Shown one piece after another: positions 9,897 through 21,088 of a DNA stretch of 64,000 nucleotides (the first letter of the stretch is position 1; each line of letters opens with the position of its first letter). The position numbers and the translations under genes were made by a program. Below the pieces are notes generated by a model that did not search any database, was not told where the DNA came from, and saw only the letters and a list, made by a program, of their open reading frames with translations. This DNA comes from a virus (lineage: Duplodnaviria > Caudoviricetes): IMG/VR virus record IMGVR_UViG_3300033075_001021; one strand, 5' to 3'.

Positions 9897-12140
9897 TTAA
9901 ACAGTTATATCACCAGTTAAATACCAAGTATTAGTTGAACGTTTTATTAAAGTAGCAAAGCTATATGTTGATGTTAATTTTAATGCATTATTAGCACTTA
10001 AAATGGTTACACCAGTTCCACCACTAATTGTTGTTTGACCAGCCCCAGTTTGACAAATTGTTATTTGTGCGCCAGTACTAAATGTCACAGCACTATTAGG
10101 TGGTACAATAACTGTATTGGCATTTGCGTTCCCCATTTCAACAATAACATTGTTACTTCCGTTTGAGACATCAGATAACACTAATGTATAGGTGTTACCC
10201 GTTCTTGTATTAAAACTAACATTTGTGTTTGTTGCAGCTGTTATACCAGTTAAGTTCGAGCCGTTACCAAAATATGTTGTTGCTGACATTGTGGTTGCCG
10301 ATATTGTTGCTGATGTCATTAAACCCGTAACAGTCAAACCAGTAAAGGATTGTATTGTTGTTGATACTGTACCACCAGTACTATTTGTAAGTACTAATCT
10401 ATTATTTGTAAATGTACCACCAGTTATACTTGTTCCAGCTGGACCCTGTGGACCAGTTGGACCTGTTGCACCTTGAATACCTTGAATACCTTGAATACCT
10501 TGTGGGCCAGTTGCACCCTGCGGACCCGTTGCACCTTGTGGACCTGCTGGACCTGTTGCACCCTGTGGACCCACAGGGCCTTGCGGACCAGTTGCACCTT
10601 GTGCTGCTAATAATGCCCAGCTTGTTGTTGCTGTTAATGGTATACTATTAGTATTTGCACTTAATGCAAAATAAGTTGAACCACTATATGCTACCGCATC
10701 ATTCTGCGTATATGCTGATACTGAACTCCAATTACCTTTAAAGTTTAAACCAGCTGGACCTACTGGACCAGCAACACCTTGTGGACCCTGTGGACCAACT
10801 GGACCTGTTGCACCACTTAAACCTTGCGGGCCCTGCGGACCTGTTGCACCACTAACACCTTGTGGGCCTTGCGGTCCCGCTGGACCTTGTGGACCTTGTG
10901 GTCCAGTTGGACCAGCAACACCTTGTGGACCCTGTGGACCAACTGGACCTGTTGCACCGCTTAAACCTTGTGGACCCTGTGGACCCTGTGGGCCTGTTGG
11001 ACCAGCTGGACCTGTTGCACCAGCTGGACCTTGAGCACCCGTTGCACCACTAACACCTTGTGGACCCGTTGCACCTTGTGGGCCTGTAAGACCTTGTGGG
11101 CCTGTAAGACCTTGTGGACCCTGCGGACCCACAGGGCCTTGCGGACCAGTTGCACCTTGTGCTGCTAATAACGCCCATGTGCTTGCTGTTGTTGGTATAT
11201 TGTTGGTATTTGCTGTTAATGCAAAATATGTCGAGCCACTATATGCCACCGCATCATTCTGCGTATATGCCGAAGCCGAATTCCAGCTGCCTTTAAAGTT
11301 TAAACCCGTTGCACCAGCTGGACCCGTTGCACCCTGCGAACCTGTTGGGCCTGTTGCACCTTGTGGACCCGTCGCACCTTGTGCTGCTAACAAGGACCAT
11401 CTTGTTGTTGCTGTTAATGGTATATTATTAGTGTTCGCACTTAATGCGATATATGATGAACCACTATATGCCACCGCATCATTCTGTGTATAAGCTGATG
11501 CCGAATTCCAAGCCCCTCTCCAAACCATACCGACTGGACCTGCTGGACCCGTTGCACCCTGTGGACCTGTTGCACCAGCTGGACCCATTGGCCCAGTTGC
11601 ACCACTTAAACCTTGTGGACCTTGCGGTCCTTGAAGACCCTGAAGACCTTGCGGGCCAATTGTACCTTGTGGGCCTTGTGCACCCTGTGGACCTTGAGCA
11701 CCAGTCGCACCGCTTACGCCTTGCGGACCTTGTGGGCCCACTGGGCCTTGTGGGCCTTGTGGGCCTATTGGACCTTGAGCACCAGTTGCACCTTGTGCTG
11801 CTAACACAACCCAAAATGGAGAAATGTTAGGTTGATTGTTTGTATTATCAACAACGCAAAAGTATGTTGAACCACTATAACTAACAACATCATTAGTAAT
11901 ATACGCTGTTGTAGCACTCCACACACCTTGCCATACCAATCCAGCTGGACCAATATCACCTTGCGGACCTTGCGGACCTTGCGCACCCTCTGGACCTTGC
12001 GGACCAACTGGACCCTGAATACCTTGCGGACCTTGTGGGCCAGCTGGACCCTGCGGACCAACCACACCTTGAATACCTTGTGGACCTTGTGAACCTTGTA
12101 AGCCTGTTGCCACACGGTTTTGTTGAATTATTATTCCCAT
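9897..12140 (-). CDS. Collagen-like fibre protein with four Trp/Tyr carbohydrate-binding-like modules
   Basis: Long (GPQ/GAT)n triplets interrupted by four G.W....AY..ND.V.YSGS.Y modules; C-terminal beta-sandwich. Confidence 0.85.
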   Translation of the reverse strand: MGIIIQQNRVATGLQGSQGPQGIQGVVGPQGPAGPQGPQGIQGPVGPQGPEGAQGPQGPQGDIGPAGLVWQGVWSATTAYITNDVVSYSGSTYFCVVDNTNNQPNISPFWVVLAAQGATGAQGPIGPQGPQGPVGPQGPQGVSGATGAQGPQGAQGPQGTIGPQGLQGLQGPQGPQGLSGATGPMGPAGATGPQGATGPAGPVGMVWRGAWNSASAYTQNDAVAYSGSSYIALSANTNNIPLTATTRWSLLAAQGATGPQGATGPTGSQGATGPAGATGLNFKGSWNSASAYTQNDAVAYSGSTYFALTANTNNIPTTASTWALLAAQGATGPQGPVGPQGPQGLTGPQGLTGPQGATGPQGVSGATGAQGPAGATGPAGPTGPQGPQGPQGLSGATGPVGPQGPQGVAGPTGPQGPQGPAGPQGPQGVSGATGPQGPQGLSGATGPVGPQGPQGVAGPVGPAGLNFKGNWSSVSAYTQNDAVAYSGSTYFALSANTNSIPLTATTSWALLAAQGATGPQGPVGPQGATGPAGPQGATGPQGATGPQGIQGIQGIQGATGPTGPQGPAGTSITGGTFTNNRLVLTNSTGGTVSTTIQSFTGLTVTGLMTSATISATTMSATTYFGNGSNLTGITAATNTNVSFNTRTGNTYTLVLSDVSNGSNNVIVEMGNANANTVIVPPNSAVTFSTGAQITICQTGAGQTTISGGTGVTILSANNALKLTSTYSFATLIKRSTNTWYLTGDITV
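10435..12100 (-). repeat. Gly-X-Y collagen triplet repeats (9-nt units)
   Basis: Repeated ggaccttgt / gttgcacc units on the plus strand. Confidence 0.9.
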
Positions 12141-12153
12141 TATTTTTAATTTA

Positions 12154-13338
12154 TTATGTAGTTATTGCACCCCATAGTAACCACTCATCTGTATTTATTT
12201 TTTTTAAGTATTGTACACTATATTGTGAGTCACTAAATACACCAATAAGTGATGCGTTACCCACAACTGAATTTACAGTAACACCTGTATTAACCCCAGC
12301 AAAAATTATTTGAACCGCTGTTGATTGTACAAATGTGTACATGCTATTAATTGGTATCGTTGATGCGCTATTTGCTGGTACAACAATAGTTATTGAAGCA
12401 GAACTATCCTCACCAACCCAAATCATTTTACCTGCCGTATCACCACTTAATGCATATTGCGAAACCGCATCAACAGTTATTGTTTCTTGTGGTAATGGTG
12501 CTGATGATGTTTTTAATTTACCGTTACTATCAGCTAATACATAACCGTCACCAGAACTAGCTAAATTACCAAATACTATATCACCAGATGTATTTTCCCA
12601 AGCAATATGTTTGGATGTATTTAAAGATATTAATGTTGGGTTATAGTAAACACCCCTTAAATCACCAGAACCAAATGTAGATTGCGTATATGTTGGGTTA
12701 ATCAATAACTGATTATAGTTCATTGTATTCGCTGTAATATTTGAGTTTACATTGGATGCAATTCTAATAGAAGTCTGTGTACCAGACGCACCAATACCAT
12801 TTGTAAACCCACCATCAAATGTGTAGTAACTTAACCCAGCTATGCTACCAACAAGAGCGTATCTTGCAATGTTACCATTACCAGCCCAAAAGTTTAATTG
12901 ATTCGCACCACCATAGATACCAGTTTGAGCACCGTTAGTTGAAATACGTACAGCGTTGTTGGTATTGATTATACCACTAACATCTACCTTATATGCTGGC
13001 GATGCGGTACCAATACCAATATTAGTTCCATTATCAAATATTTCACTATTGGTAAGTGTTGTTGCGTTTGACCATTTTGGAACATAGTTAGTAGTACCAC
13101 TACCAGCCGTACCCCCACTAGTTGTTCCTGTGCCGATAATTTGACTTAAATCTGCGGTAATTGAATTACCGTTTATTTGTGATAAGACTAAATTATTACC
13201 GACTGTGGTTGCTGTGGATATTGATATACCCTTTAAAAAGATAAAATTATTATCAACATCATCATGACTCAATACACTACCCTTTGTTACATCACCGTAT
13301 GGACTTTGTAGTGTTCTTAATATTAAATTATTATTCAT
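12154..13338 (-). CDS. Tail fibre-like virion protein
   Basis: [15 protein letters not shown]-terminal anchor, NIGIGT.SP.YKVDV.G fibre repeat, C-terminal domain homologous to that of the collagen protein. Confidence 0.65.
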   Translation of the reverse strand: MNNNLILRTLQSPYGDVTKGSVLSHDDVDNNFIFLKGISISTATTVGNNLVLSQINGNSITADLSQIIGTGTTSGGTAGSGTTNYVPKWSNATTLTNSEIFDNGTNIGIGTASPAYKVDVSGIINTNNAVRISTNGAQTGIYGGANQLNFWAGNGNIARYALVGSIAGLSYYTFDGGFTNGIGASGTQTSIRIASNVNSNITANTMNYNQLLINPTYTQSTFGSGDLRGVYYNPTLISLNTSKHIAWENTSGDIVFGNLASSGDGYVLADSNGKLKTSSAPLPQETITVDAVSQYALSGDTAGKMIWVGEDSSASITIVVPANSASTIPINSMYTFVQSTAVQIIFAGVNTGVTVNSVVGNASLIGVFSDSQYSVQYLKKINTDEWLLWGAITT

Positions 13339-13359
13339 TGTTTGTTTTATTTATAATTA

Positions 13360-16300
13360 TTAAACTCGATATGATGAAATTAACACCCAATTAGTACCAT
13401 CGGAAACCCATTGAAACCTCTCAACAGGTTTCAATGCAACAATAGCACCAATACTACCATCAACGTCTTCGATGGTACCAGCCACTGATATAACATATAA
13501 ACTACCACCACCAGTATCCTTTGTTCTTGAAATATAATACATTCTATTTGTACATGTTGCTGGGTCGGGTAATATTATATTAAAATCACTCCCACCTAGA
13601 TAATCAAATCTGTAAACTGTTGTAAAATCATCGATTGTATAATCAGCAGCAAGCGTTGTCATATCAACATAAGTATATTTCGCACCAAAAGAACCATTTA
13701 CATCAAATGTTGATTTTGGTTCAACAACTCTAACACCTATTTTACCGTTAGGTGTTTCAGTTGCAATAGGAGTACTAATTAAATCGTCATTTAATCCAGA
13801 ACCAAATAATACGCCACCAATATTCATTGTTGAACCTGTACTAAATGGTAGTGTAATATTATTACCAATAATAATTGAATTAGGTGGGGCTCCATTATCT
13901 TTACCTGCTTTATTACCAATAAAGATTGAATTATTGGCGACGTTTGCACCATAACCAGCTTGATAACCTATAAAGTTTGAATAATTTGCGTTGTTTGCCC
14001 GATAACCAGCATAATAACCTATAAAGTTCGAGGCATTGGCATTATTAGCACTTTCACCAGCATATGAACCAAAGAAATTTGAATTATTTGCATCCTCAGC
14101 AATAAACCCAGCATACTGTCCAAAGAAATTAGAATTATTAGCTCTTGGTGATTGAAATCCAGCATATGAGCCAAAGAAATTTGAATATTGAGCGTTCGGT
14201 GATTCATTACCAGCATAATAACCAATAAAGTTTGAACCAGCAGCACTTGTTGCACCATAACCAGCTTGATAACCAATAAAGTTTGATGTAGCCGCATTCA
14301 CAGCACCCTGACCAGCATTCTGACCAATAAAGTTAGCGGCAAATGCATTAGAGGCGTTATACCCAGCTGAATCACCAATAAAGTTTGAACCAGCAGCATA
14401 TATTGCTCCCTCCCCAGCACTCGTACCAATAAAGTTTGAATTATTTGCATCCTCAGCAATAAACCCAGCATACTGTCCAAAGAAATTAGAATTATTAGCT
14501 CTTGGTGATTGAAATCCAGCATATGAGCCAAAGAAATTTGAATATTGAGCGTTCGGTGATTCATTACCAGCATAATAACCAATAAAGTTTGAACCAGCAG
14601 CACTTGTTGCACCATAACCAGCTTGATAACCAATAAAGTTTGATGTAGCCGCATTCACAGCACCCTGACCAGCATTCTGACCAATAAAGTTAGCGGCAAA
14701 TGCATTAGAGGCGTTATACCCAGCTGAATCACCAATAAAGTTTGAACCAGCAGCATATATTGCTCCCTCCCCAGCACTTCTACCTATAAAATTTGAAACC
14801 GTCGCATATGTTGCATCATAACCAGCACTCGTACCAATAAAGTTTGAATTGGGTGCACTCTCGGCATAATAACCACTTTGAAAACCAATAAAGTTTGAAT
14901 AACTAGCACCAATTGCTTGATAACCAGCTGAATCGCCAAAGAAATTTGAAGTATTAGCACTTGTCGCATTACGACCAGCATCTCGACCAATAAAGTTTGA
15001 ATAACTAGCATTTTCAGCAAACGCACCAGCGGATAACCCAAAGAAGTTTGAACGAGTGGCGTTAATAGCCGCATAACCTGCCTCAAGGCCAAAGAAGTTT
15101 GAACGACTAGCACCAGTTGCTTGATAACCAGCATCTTCAGCAAAGAAGTTTGAATTATCAGCACCTGTTGCACCATAACCAGCCTCTTGACCGATGAAAT
15201 TAGAATTATATGCGAATGTGGCAAATTTACCAGCTTGAAACCCAATAAAGTTTGAGCTATCGGCTTTTGTTAATTGACCAGCATCTCGACCAATAAAGTT
15301 TGAATTATTTGCGTCTTCAGCACCTTGACCAGCACCATAACCAAGGAAATTTGCAAAACTAGAATTCAATGCACTTTTACCAGCTTCAAACCCAATAAAA
15401 TTCGATACCTCACAATCAAATGCATCATCACCAGCAGATGTACCAATAAAGTTTGAGTTGGTTGAACCACTAGCAGTATGTCCAGCATAGTAACCAATAA
15501 AATTGGCACTTATTGAATCAAATGCACTATCACCAGCGTTTACACCAATAAAGTTTGAATAAGGCATGTTATATGAATACACACCAGCATTTTTACCAAT
15601 AAAATTAGATGAATGAACATTTATTGCGCTATCACCAGCGGCATTACCAATGAAATTACAATTTGTTGCCCCACTAGTATCTGTACCAGCTGTTTGACCA
15701 ATAAAATTTGAACCATTAGCATTTTTCGCATTATTACCAGCGTAAGAACCAATAAAATTAGAGTAATCTACGTCATCAGAATTATTACCAGCAAAATAAC
15801 CAATTAAATTTGTTGCTGTCTGCCCAGTTACATCATAACCAGCTTCGTGACCAATAAAATTACAATACTGATTATCTTTTGCGACATAACCAGCTCGATA
15901 ACCAATATAATTAGATTCTGTGACACCACTAGCATAATAACCAGCTTCAAAACCAATATAGTTAACATAAGAATCTGTTAATCCAGACCTAACATCAAAT
16001 CCAGAATCTAAACCTAAAAATATAGATTTGGTATTACCAAATCCGCTATTATTGATATCAGATAACCTAGCCAATGTATCACCACTAATTACAGATAATG
16101 GAAAATATATTTTATCTGGATTTTTAATATAAAAACCATTAACATCATTAAAAATACCACCTCCAGTGTATGATATACCAAAACCATCTGATAAAATAAG
16201 GCTTGTTGTATTTCCATATAGCTCACTCTCAATTGTTAAACCGTTCTCATTTAATATAATGGAATCAGTTGCACCAGATGTTTCGGTACTTATATTAATT

Positions 16301-16668
16301 TCTGTTTGACCAGTTGATACGGATACAATGTTTACGTTAGCGGTTGTGTCATCAATATCAATAAACGATAAACTTTCAGGGGCACCAGTTAACTGAACTG
16401 TTAACAGGTCTTGTTTTGAGGTTTGTAAGTTTTCAAATGCTGATAGTATTGTATCACCAGATGAAAGAGGTTGGTTTAAACCAGTCGTAAAACCACTCAA
16501 TCTTGTTCCTAAAACGTCAGCATCAGGAAAAACTATATTATTCACAACTGTACCAGACACAGTATCAAAACCAACGGTATAGTTATCACCACTAACAACA
16601 ACGGCGAATTCAACATCTGGTGTTATGTTGTTCAGTATCGGAAATTGGCTTATTTTTCTATTAGGCAT
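13360..16668 (-). CDS. Fibre protein with 17-aa SNFIG..AG repeats (YadA/Hep-Hag-like beta-roll)
   Basis: About 40 consecutive 17-aa repeats; MPNRKISQ N-terminus. Confidence 0.75.
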   Translation of the reverse strand: MPNRKISQFPILNNITPDVEFAVVVSGDNYTVGFDTVSGTVVNNIVFPDADVLGTRLSGFTTGLNQPLSSGDTILSAFENLQTSKQDLLTVQLTGAPESLSFIDIDDTTANVNIVSVSTGQTEINISTETSGATDSIILNENGLTIESELYGNTTSLILSDGFGISYTGGGIFNDVNGFYIKNPDKIYFPLSVISGDTLARLSDINNSGFGNTKSIFLGLDSGFDVRSGLTDSYVNYIGFEAGYYASGVTESNYIGYRAGYVAKDNQYCNFIGHEAGYDVTGQTATNLIGYFAGNNSDDVDYSNFIGSYAGNNAKNANGSNFIGQTAGTDTSGATNCNFIGNAAGDSAINVHSSNFIGKNAGVYSYNMPYSNFIGVNAGDSAFDSISANFIGYYAGHTASGSTNSNFIGTSAGDDAFDCEVSNFIGFEAGKSALNSSFANFLGYGAGQGAEDANNSNFIGRDAGQLTKADSSNFIGFQAGKFATFAYNSNFIGQEAGYGATGADNSNFFAEDAGYQATGASRSNFFGLEAGYAAINATRSNFFGLSAGAFAENASYSNFIGRDAGRNATSANTSNFFGDSAGYQAIGASYSNFIGFQSGYYAESAPNSNFIGTSAGYDATYATVSNFIGRSAGEGAIYAAGSNFIGDSAGYNASNAFAANFIGQNAGQGAVNAATSNFIGYQAGYGATSAAGSNFIGYYAGNESPNAQYSNFFGSYAGFQSPRANNSNFFGQYAGFIAEDANNSNFIGTSAGEGAIYAAGSNFIGDSAGYNASNAFAANFIGQNAGQGAVNAATSNFIGYQAGYGATSAAGSNFIGYYAGNESPNAQYSNFFGSYAGFQSPRANNSNFFGQYAGFIAEDANNSNFFGSYAGESANNANASNFIGYYAGYRANNANYSNFIGYQAGYGANVANNSIFIGNKAGKDNGAPPNSIIIGNNITLPFSTGSTMNIGGVLFGSGLNDDLISTPIATETPNGKIGVRVVEPKSTFDVNGSFGAKYTYVDMTTLAADYTIDDFTTVYRFDYLGGSDFNIILPDPATCTNRMYYISRTKDTGGGSLYVISVAGTIEDVDGSIGAIVALKPVERFQWVSDGTNWVLISSYRV
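14078..14778. repeat. Tandem duplication, period 357 bp (7 x 17-aa units)
   Basis: 14078-14421 and 14435-14778 appear identical by eye. Confidence 0.85.
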
Positions 16669-18448
16669 TTTCTATCAGTATTTTAAAATTGTTTTCTTGT
16701 AAAATGTAAAACCCGTTTTCTTGTATCAAGAAATCACCCACCACATAATATCTAGTTACCTCTTGATTATAAATATTTTGAATGTCAGTAAAATATAAGT
16801 CACAAGCATTAAATTTAAAAGTGGAAATACCACCATAAAAGGTTCCAGCGAAGTTTTTCTCAATTGCCAAGCCCAAATCGGCGGTATCAATACCATCAAA
16901 CGTTTGAGTTTCAATTAATCCTTGTGACCCACCACCAAGACTAATATTAAACGGAACCCCAACTTGCTTCTCCATATGCTCCTCAAGTCGTTTACCGATA
17001 AACTCACTAAAATTATTGACTACGAATTTTAATTTACCATTAATGTAAAACATCAACTTACCCTTTCTTTTTGGTTTAGTTTTAAGTTCACAGTCAGTCA
17101 GCGCATCAACACTAAATCTTATAATTACACTTGTCCATGCATCATATCTAACCATACCACTTGCTGAATATTGTTCTTCAGTTGTTAATCCGCTAATATA
17201 GGTTGTTCCAGAACATGTACCTGTAACGGTTAACAATCTATAACCAATTCTACCATCATCTGTTATCCTAAAACCTAGCGCATTATCAATAACATCAATT
17301 TTAGGGTCTAAGTTATCAAATTGAATTGATGTTGAAAACCCTGTTGTTGTACATACCGTTTGATTACCATAACCACTTGGTATTTGAGCACCACAACCAG
17401 AACAAGTACGACCACTTAAACCAGCTCTACCATAAAACAAAAATGGATTTGTTGTATTGGTCACTACAGTTTTTGGCTTTGTTATAGTTATTGTTTGCCC
17501 ATCATCATTACAAACGGTTTTTTGTTTAAAACCTAAAGGATTACCACAGCTTGAACATGTTGTTCCTGAACCAGTTGCCCTCCCATACAATAAAAATGGG
17601 TTGGTTATAGTTTCTGTGGTTGTTTGATTAGGGTATAGTGTAATTATTTCACCATTGGTGCCACTAATTGTAATATCTGTTTCTTTTGGAATAGTACACC
17701 ATTGACTTACAACATCCGTACAACCAACTGGTAAAGTACAAGCACTTGTACATCCAGTATCAGCACCTTCAAAACGATTCCAAAATTTATTTTCAGCCCT
17801 TGTACCCCAATAAAAGAAAAATCCCTTATTATTTGGGTATTGGTCGTTTAATTTTTCAGCCGTAAAACCAGTTAAAAAGTCTTCATTTCTTTTTAACCAA
17901 AACTCAGCAACCCATCCATTTTTAAATCTATCTGGCCAAACTTGGTATGTAGACCCATCAATCTTATAATAACCTTGGTAGAATCCACCATTAAATTGAG
18001 CATACATTCCACTAACATCAATTTCTGTTTTAATATCATAAACAAAGTTTTTAGTTGTACCCGTAACTTTGTTTAGATGTAATCTAGTGTCGCCAGATGG
18101 TATAACCAATGTAGTACCTGTTAAAGCAGATAAAAGAACCAAATTTGAGAAATCACTGTTATCTTTATCAAACGTCACTAACCCATTATCAATCCCTGTT
18201 AATCCAATTGTTGGGAAAGTATACCCACTATTTGTACCGCCAGTCCAAACCGCTAAACTAGAAATTGTCGTGGCTGAAGTATTACCACTAAGATATATGT
18301 TAGTGTCATTAAAATCAAAATGGGTTATAAGACAAGTATCACCACTAAAAATGCTTGAATCATCATTAGCCAAATAAAAGTCCCAAAACTCACTATTGGA
18401 TAGTATGATATCCAATTTATTAAAATTAAAGTTTTTAATGTTACCCAT
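16661..18448 (-). CDS. Virion structural protein (possible LamG/ConA-like fold, Cys-rich inserts)
   Basis: EFWLK, W..V.IR, LMFYING, F.GGIS.F pattern; located in the fibre operon. Confidence 0.5.
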   Translation of the reverse strand: MGNIKNFNFNKLDIILSNSEFWDFYLANDDSSIFSGDTCLITHFDFNDTNIYLSGNTSATTISSLAVWTGGTNSGYTFPTIGLTGIDNGLVTFDKDNSDFSNLVLLSALTGTTLVIPSGDTRLHLNKVTGTTKNFVYDIKTEIDVSGMYAQFNGGFYQGYYKIDGSTYQVWPDRFKNGWVAEFWLKRNEDFLTGFTAEKLNDQYPNNKGFFFYWGTRAENKFWNRFEGADTGCTSACTLPVGCTDVVSQWCTIPKETDITISGTNGEIITLYPNQTTTETITNPFLLYGRATGSGTTCSSCGNPLGFKQKTVCNDDGQTITITKPKTVVTNTTNPFLFYGRAGLSGRTCSGCGAQIPSGYGNQTVCTTTGFSTSIQFDNLDPKIDVIDNALGFRITDDGRIGYRLLTVTGTCSGTTYISGLTTEEQYSASGMVRYDAWTSVIIRFSVDALTDCELKTKPKRKGKLMFYINGKLKFVVNNFSEFIGKRLEEHMEKQVGVPFNISLGGGSQGLIETQTFDGIDTADLGLAIEKNFAGTFYGGISTFKFNACDLYFTDIQNIYNQEVTRYYVVGDFLIQENGFYILQENNFKILIENA

Positions 18449-18461
18449 TTCTTTATCCTAT

Positions 18462-19661
18462 TTAAAATTTTTCAAGTAGTACTCTTTTCCAACCAAACGA
18501 ATTAGTTTTTATATATAGATAATTGTCATCTCTTGTGATATCACCAACACTTCCATTTATATCATACGATGATAACGGTGTATATTTCGGAATACACAAA
18601 GATTTCGGAATCAAACCTGTATTTGTTGTCCAATTACCACCATTATCAACAATAAATTTAGAATCTAATTCATTGTTAATAGCCTTTTTCACGATGATTC
18701 CACCACCAACAGAAGTTTGTTGTGTACCATTGAAGTTCAACTCAATGACATTATCTTCAGCAAAAATTGTTTGCGTATTTAATATGCTGTTAGTCCTAAT
18801 TTCACCTCCATACATTTCCTTTATAGCCTCAATTAACAACGCTGGAATATCTTTATAACTAACCGTCAAGTACCCATCAGGGGTTTCCCCGACCAATTCT
18901 GGGACAATATTTTTAACATCTTGCGCTATTAAACCAATTTTTCTTTCTTCTCCACCTCGAACCCTATCAACCCAATTAAAAGACACACCAGTTAAGCTTA
19001 AAACCTTACTTAATGCGTCATTAATTGGTAAAATATTCTCCTTTAATCGTTTATCAGATGCTTGATTTACAACAAGTCCAGTTGCGTCAACACCAATATC
19101 TACGGTACCAGGTCCAGCGCCAACATTAGTTATAATTAATTTTTCTGTTCTAGTAATTCCACTAACATCAACCCATATTGTTCTACCAGTAAAATCAGAT
19201 GTTCCAGCCGAATAATAATTTAATGAACTGGTATAAACAGTACCACTATAATTTCCACCACCTAAATCTATCATAACGGTAGGTGTTATATCAAAACTAA
19301 CACCAGTATAAGCAGTCGCAACTGTATTCCCATCAATTACCGTCGTTGAACTTGCACTAAATGCTGGTTGGGCATATTGTGTTGTTCCACTATTTGTTGG
19401 TGTTAATGCTGATAATGAACCAGTCGCAATCGACATATTAGCACTGTACCAAGTATAATTTGTTGTTCCTGAATTACCAGAAAAAGCGCTTGTTACACCA
19501 GTTATTGTCAAAGTTATTGCACTTGTTGTTAAATCTGGTCCACTAGTTAATGCACTAAAAGGAACACCAAAACTTGTTCCACCAGACAACACTGTTATTG
19601 TCTCAGGATATTGTTTTATTTGCCGATTTGATGAGTAATCCAATTTGGTTCTAAATTCCAT
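18462..19661 (-). CDS. Tail fibre protein with S74-type intramolecular chaperone domain
   Basis: SDKRLKENI...L.GV.FNW...IGLIAQDV...PELV. Confidence 0.8.
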   Translation of the reverse strand: MEFRTKLDYSSNRQIKQYPETITVLSGGTSFGVPFSALTSGPDLTTSAITLTITGVTSAFSGNSGTTNYTWYSANMSIATGSLSALTPTNSGTTQYAQPAFSASSTTVIDGNTVATAYTGVSFDITPTVMIDLGGGNYSGTVYTSSLNYYSAGTSDFTGRTIWVDVSGITRTEKLIITNVGAGPGTVDIGVDATGLVVNQASDKRLKENILPINDALSKVLSLTGVSFNWVDRVRGGEERKIGLIAQDVKNIVPELVGETPDGYLTVSYKDIPALLIEAIKEMYGGEIRTNSILNTQTIFAEDNVIELNFNGTQQTSVGGGIIVKKAINNELDSKFIVDNGGNWTTNTGLIPKSLCIPKYTPLSSYDINGSVGDITRDDNYLYIKTNSFGWKRVLLEKF

Positions 19662-19677
19662 TATTGTGGGTTTTATA

Positions 19678-19707
19678 ATAAATATTCCACGTTTCCAATA
19701 TATTTAT
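19678..19707. promoter_or_regulatory. Back-to-back divergent late promoters
   Basis: ATATTTAT on minus (19678-19685) and plus (19700-19707), each 16-17 nt before an ATG. Confidence 0.6.
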
Positions 19708-19724
19708 ATAGAAACGAATTATTT

Positions 19725-20264
19725 ATGTCAATCGAGAAAAACGAAAAAATTGAAGAATTTGTTGATTCTGATGGCGGTATGATTAGCGGTGGAGATAGAA
19801 ATCCAACCAGCGATAGTGAAATTGAAACAGGCCCAACACCTAAAACTTGGGATGATGATTCTGATTATGAGAAAGGTATATCAACAACAACAGATAGGGC
19901 AACTAGATACAGACAAAACATTCCTTGGTTTGCAATTTATAGCTATCGTAGCTCAAGTGGACGTGGTTTACCATTAGACACTAGCGTACCACCAATGGAT
20001 GCTGGTTCAGAATCAGATGGTACGGTTAAAACTGAAGACGAACCAATAAATGAAAGGAATAAAATCCTTAAGAAAAGAGAAATTGAAGAAGATATTAAAG
20101 AAGATTTGGTTAAAAAGTCAAAAGACCATGAAGTTTGGAGCAAAGATTATGATTTAAAAACCGAAAAAATAATTGATACGATTGAAGATGGTGACTTAAA
20201 TGATAATCAACTAGAAAGAATAAAAAAAGCTGTTTTAGATAGAATTAAAAATAAAAATGCCTAA
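19725..20264 (+). CDS. Hypothetical protein (acidic, late operon)
   Basis: ORF after late motif, overlaps next gene. Confidence 0.7.
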   Translation: MSIEKNEKIEEFVDSDGGMISGGDRNPTSDSEIETGPTPKTWDDDSDYEKGISTTTDRATRYRQNIPWFAIYSYRSSSGRGLPLDTSVPPMDAGSESDGTVKTEDEPINERNKILKKREIEEDIKEDLVKKSKDHEVWSKDYDLKTEKIIDTIEDGDLNDNQLERIKKAVLDRIKNKNA

Positions 20265-20715
20265 TTCAAAACTTGCAGGTAAATCATATGCTGTTCCAGC
20301 TGAATTTCGTCAATATCTTGGCGATACGATTTCGTATGAAAATATGAAAATGACCAAGACAAGACTAATTAAGGCAAAAGATACAAACCCACAAGAATAT
20401 TCACAAAAAGGTGGTGATTTAGTTTTAAATTGGATTAACAGCGAATTAAAACGTGATACAACAGCCATAAAAAGCACCAAAAAGATTGGAATGGAAACTG
20501 GTCGTGAAAATCAATTCCTTAAAACACACGAAAAGGATAAGGATAACGCAAATCCAACAGGTGCAAATAGCGGTATGGTTAAAATTGGTAATGGTACCAC
20601 ATATCGAAAAGTTATGACTGGTAAAGAAGTCTATAACGAAGCAATTGAAAAAGAAATTACTCAAATTAAATATTTAATAGAGTATATGAATAATAACAAA
20701 AAAAGAAAACTATAA
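20257..20715 (+). CDS. Hypothetical protein
   Basis: Tightly packed operon ORF. Confidence 0.7.
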   Translation: MPNSKLAGKSYAVPAEFRQYLGDTISYENMKMTKTRLIKAKDTNPQEYSQKGGDLVLNWINSELKRDTTAIKSTKKIGMETGRENQFLKTHEKDKDNANPTGANSGMVKIGNGTTYRKVMTGKEVYNEAIEKEITQIKYLIEYMNNNKKRKL

Positions 20716-20718
20716 ACT

Positions 20719-21087
20719 ATGCCTATTCCACACTTACCTGTCGGAGGACAATCAGCTCTGGAACAATACGCTATTCAGCAAAGAAACGTATTGATTCCAA
20801 TGAATATCTACAACAGTACAGCACCTGCAAATCAGTACAACCCAACCCATACAAGAGCGGTAGCTGACCAAACAACACCACACTATGGTAAAGGTACTGG
20901 TAACTTCCTAGATATCGAAAACTACGCAGCTGGTGCTGATTGGGATATCTTTGGTAACCCATCAGTCGCTATTGGCGGTGGTAGAAATCCAATGTTTGCA
21001 AATAATTTTGCAACTTGGGGTTATGACCCAACCCACACATACCAACACCCTAACACATCAGGAAATATCGGACAAGTGATAATCTAA
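20719..21087 (+). CDS. Hypothetical protein, possibly virion component
   Basis: Tightly packed ORF, G/N/P-rich. Confidence 0.7.
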   Translation: MPIPHLPVGGQSALEQYAIQQRNVLIPMNIYNSTAPANQYNPTHTRAVADQTTPHYGKGTGNFLDIENYAAGADWDIFGNPSVAIGGGRNPMFANNFATWGYDPTHTYQHPNTSGNIGQVII

Positions 21088-21088
21088 T

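Noticed and set aside
10192-12313. Many overlapping alternative-frame ORFs
   Set aside because: By-products of the stop-poor collagen repeat
14019-15245. Repeated alternative-frame ORFs (MRLHQTLLV...)
   Set aside because: Off-frame readings of the 17-aa repeat gene and its duplication
13900-16000. Regular 51-bp periodicity resembling a CRISPR array
   Set aside because: Repeats are degenerate, in-frame and protein-coding; no cas genes
8100-19661. Diversity-generating retroelement acting on fibre genes
   Set aside because: No reverse transcriptase and no template/variable repeat pair with adenine-specific mismatches seen
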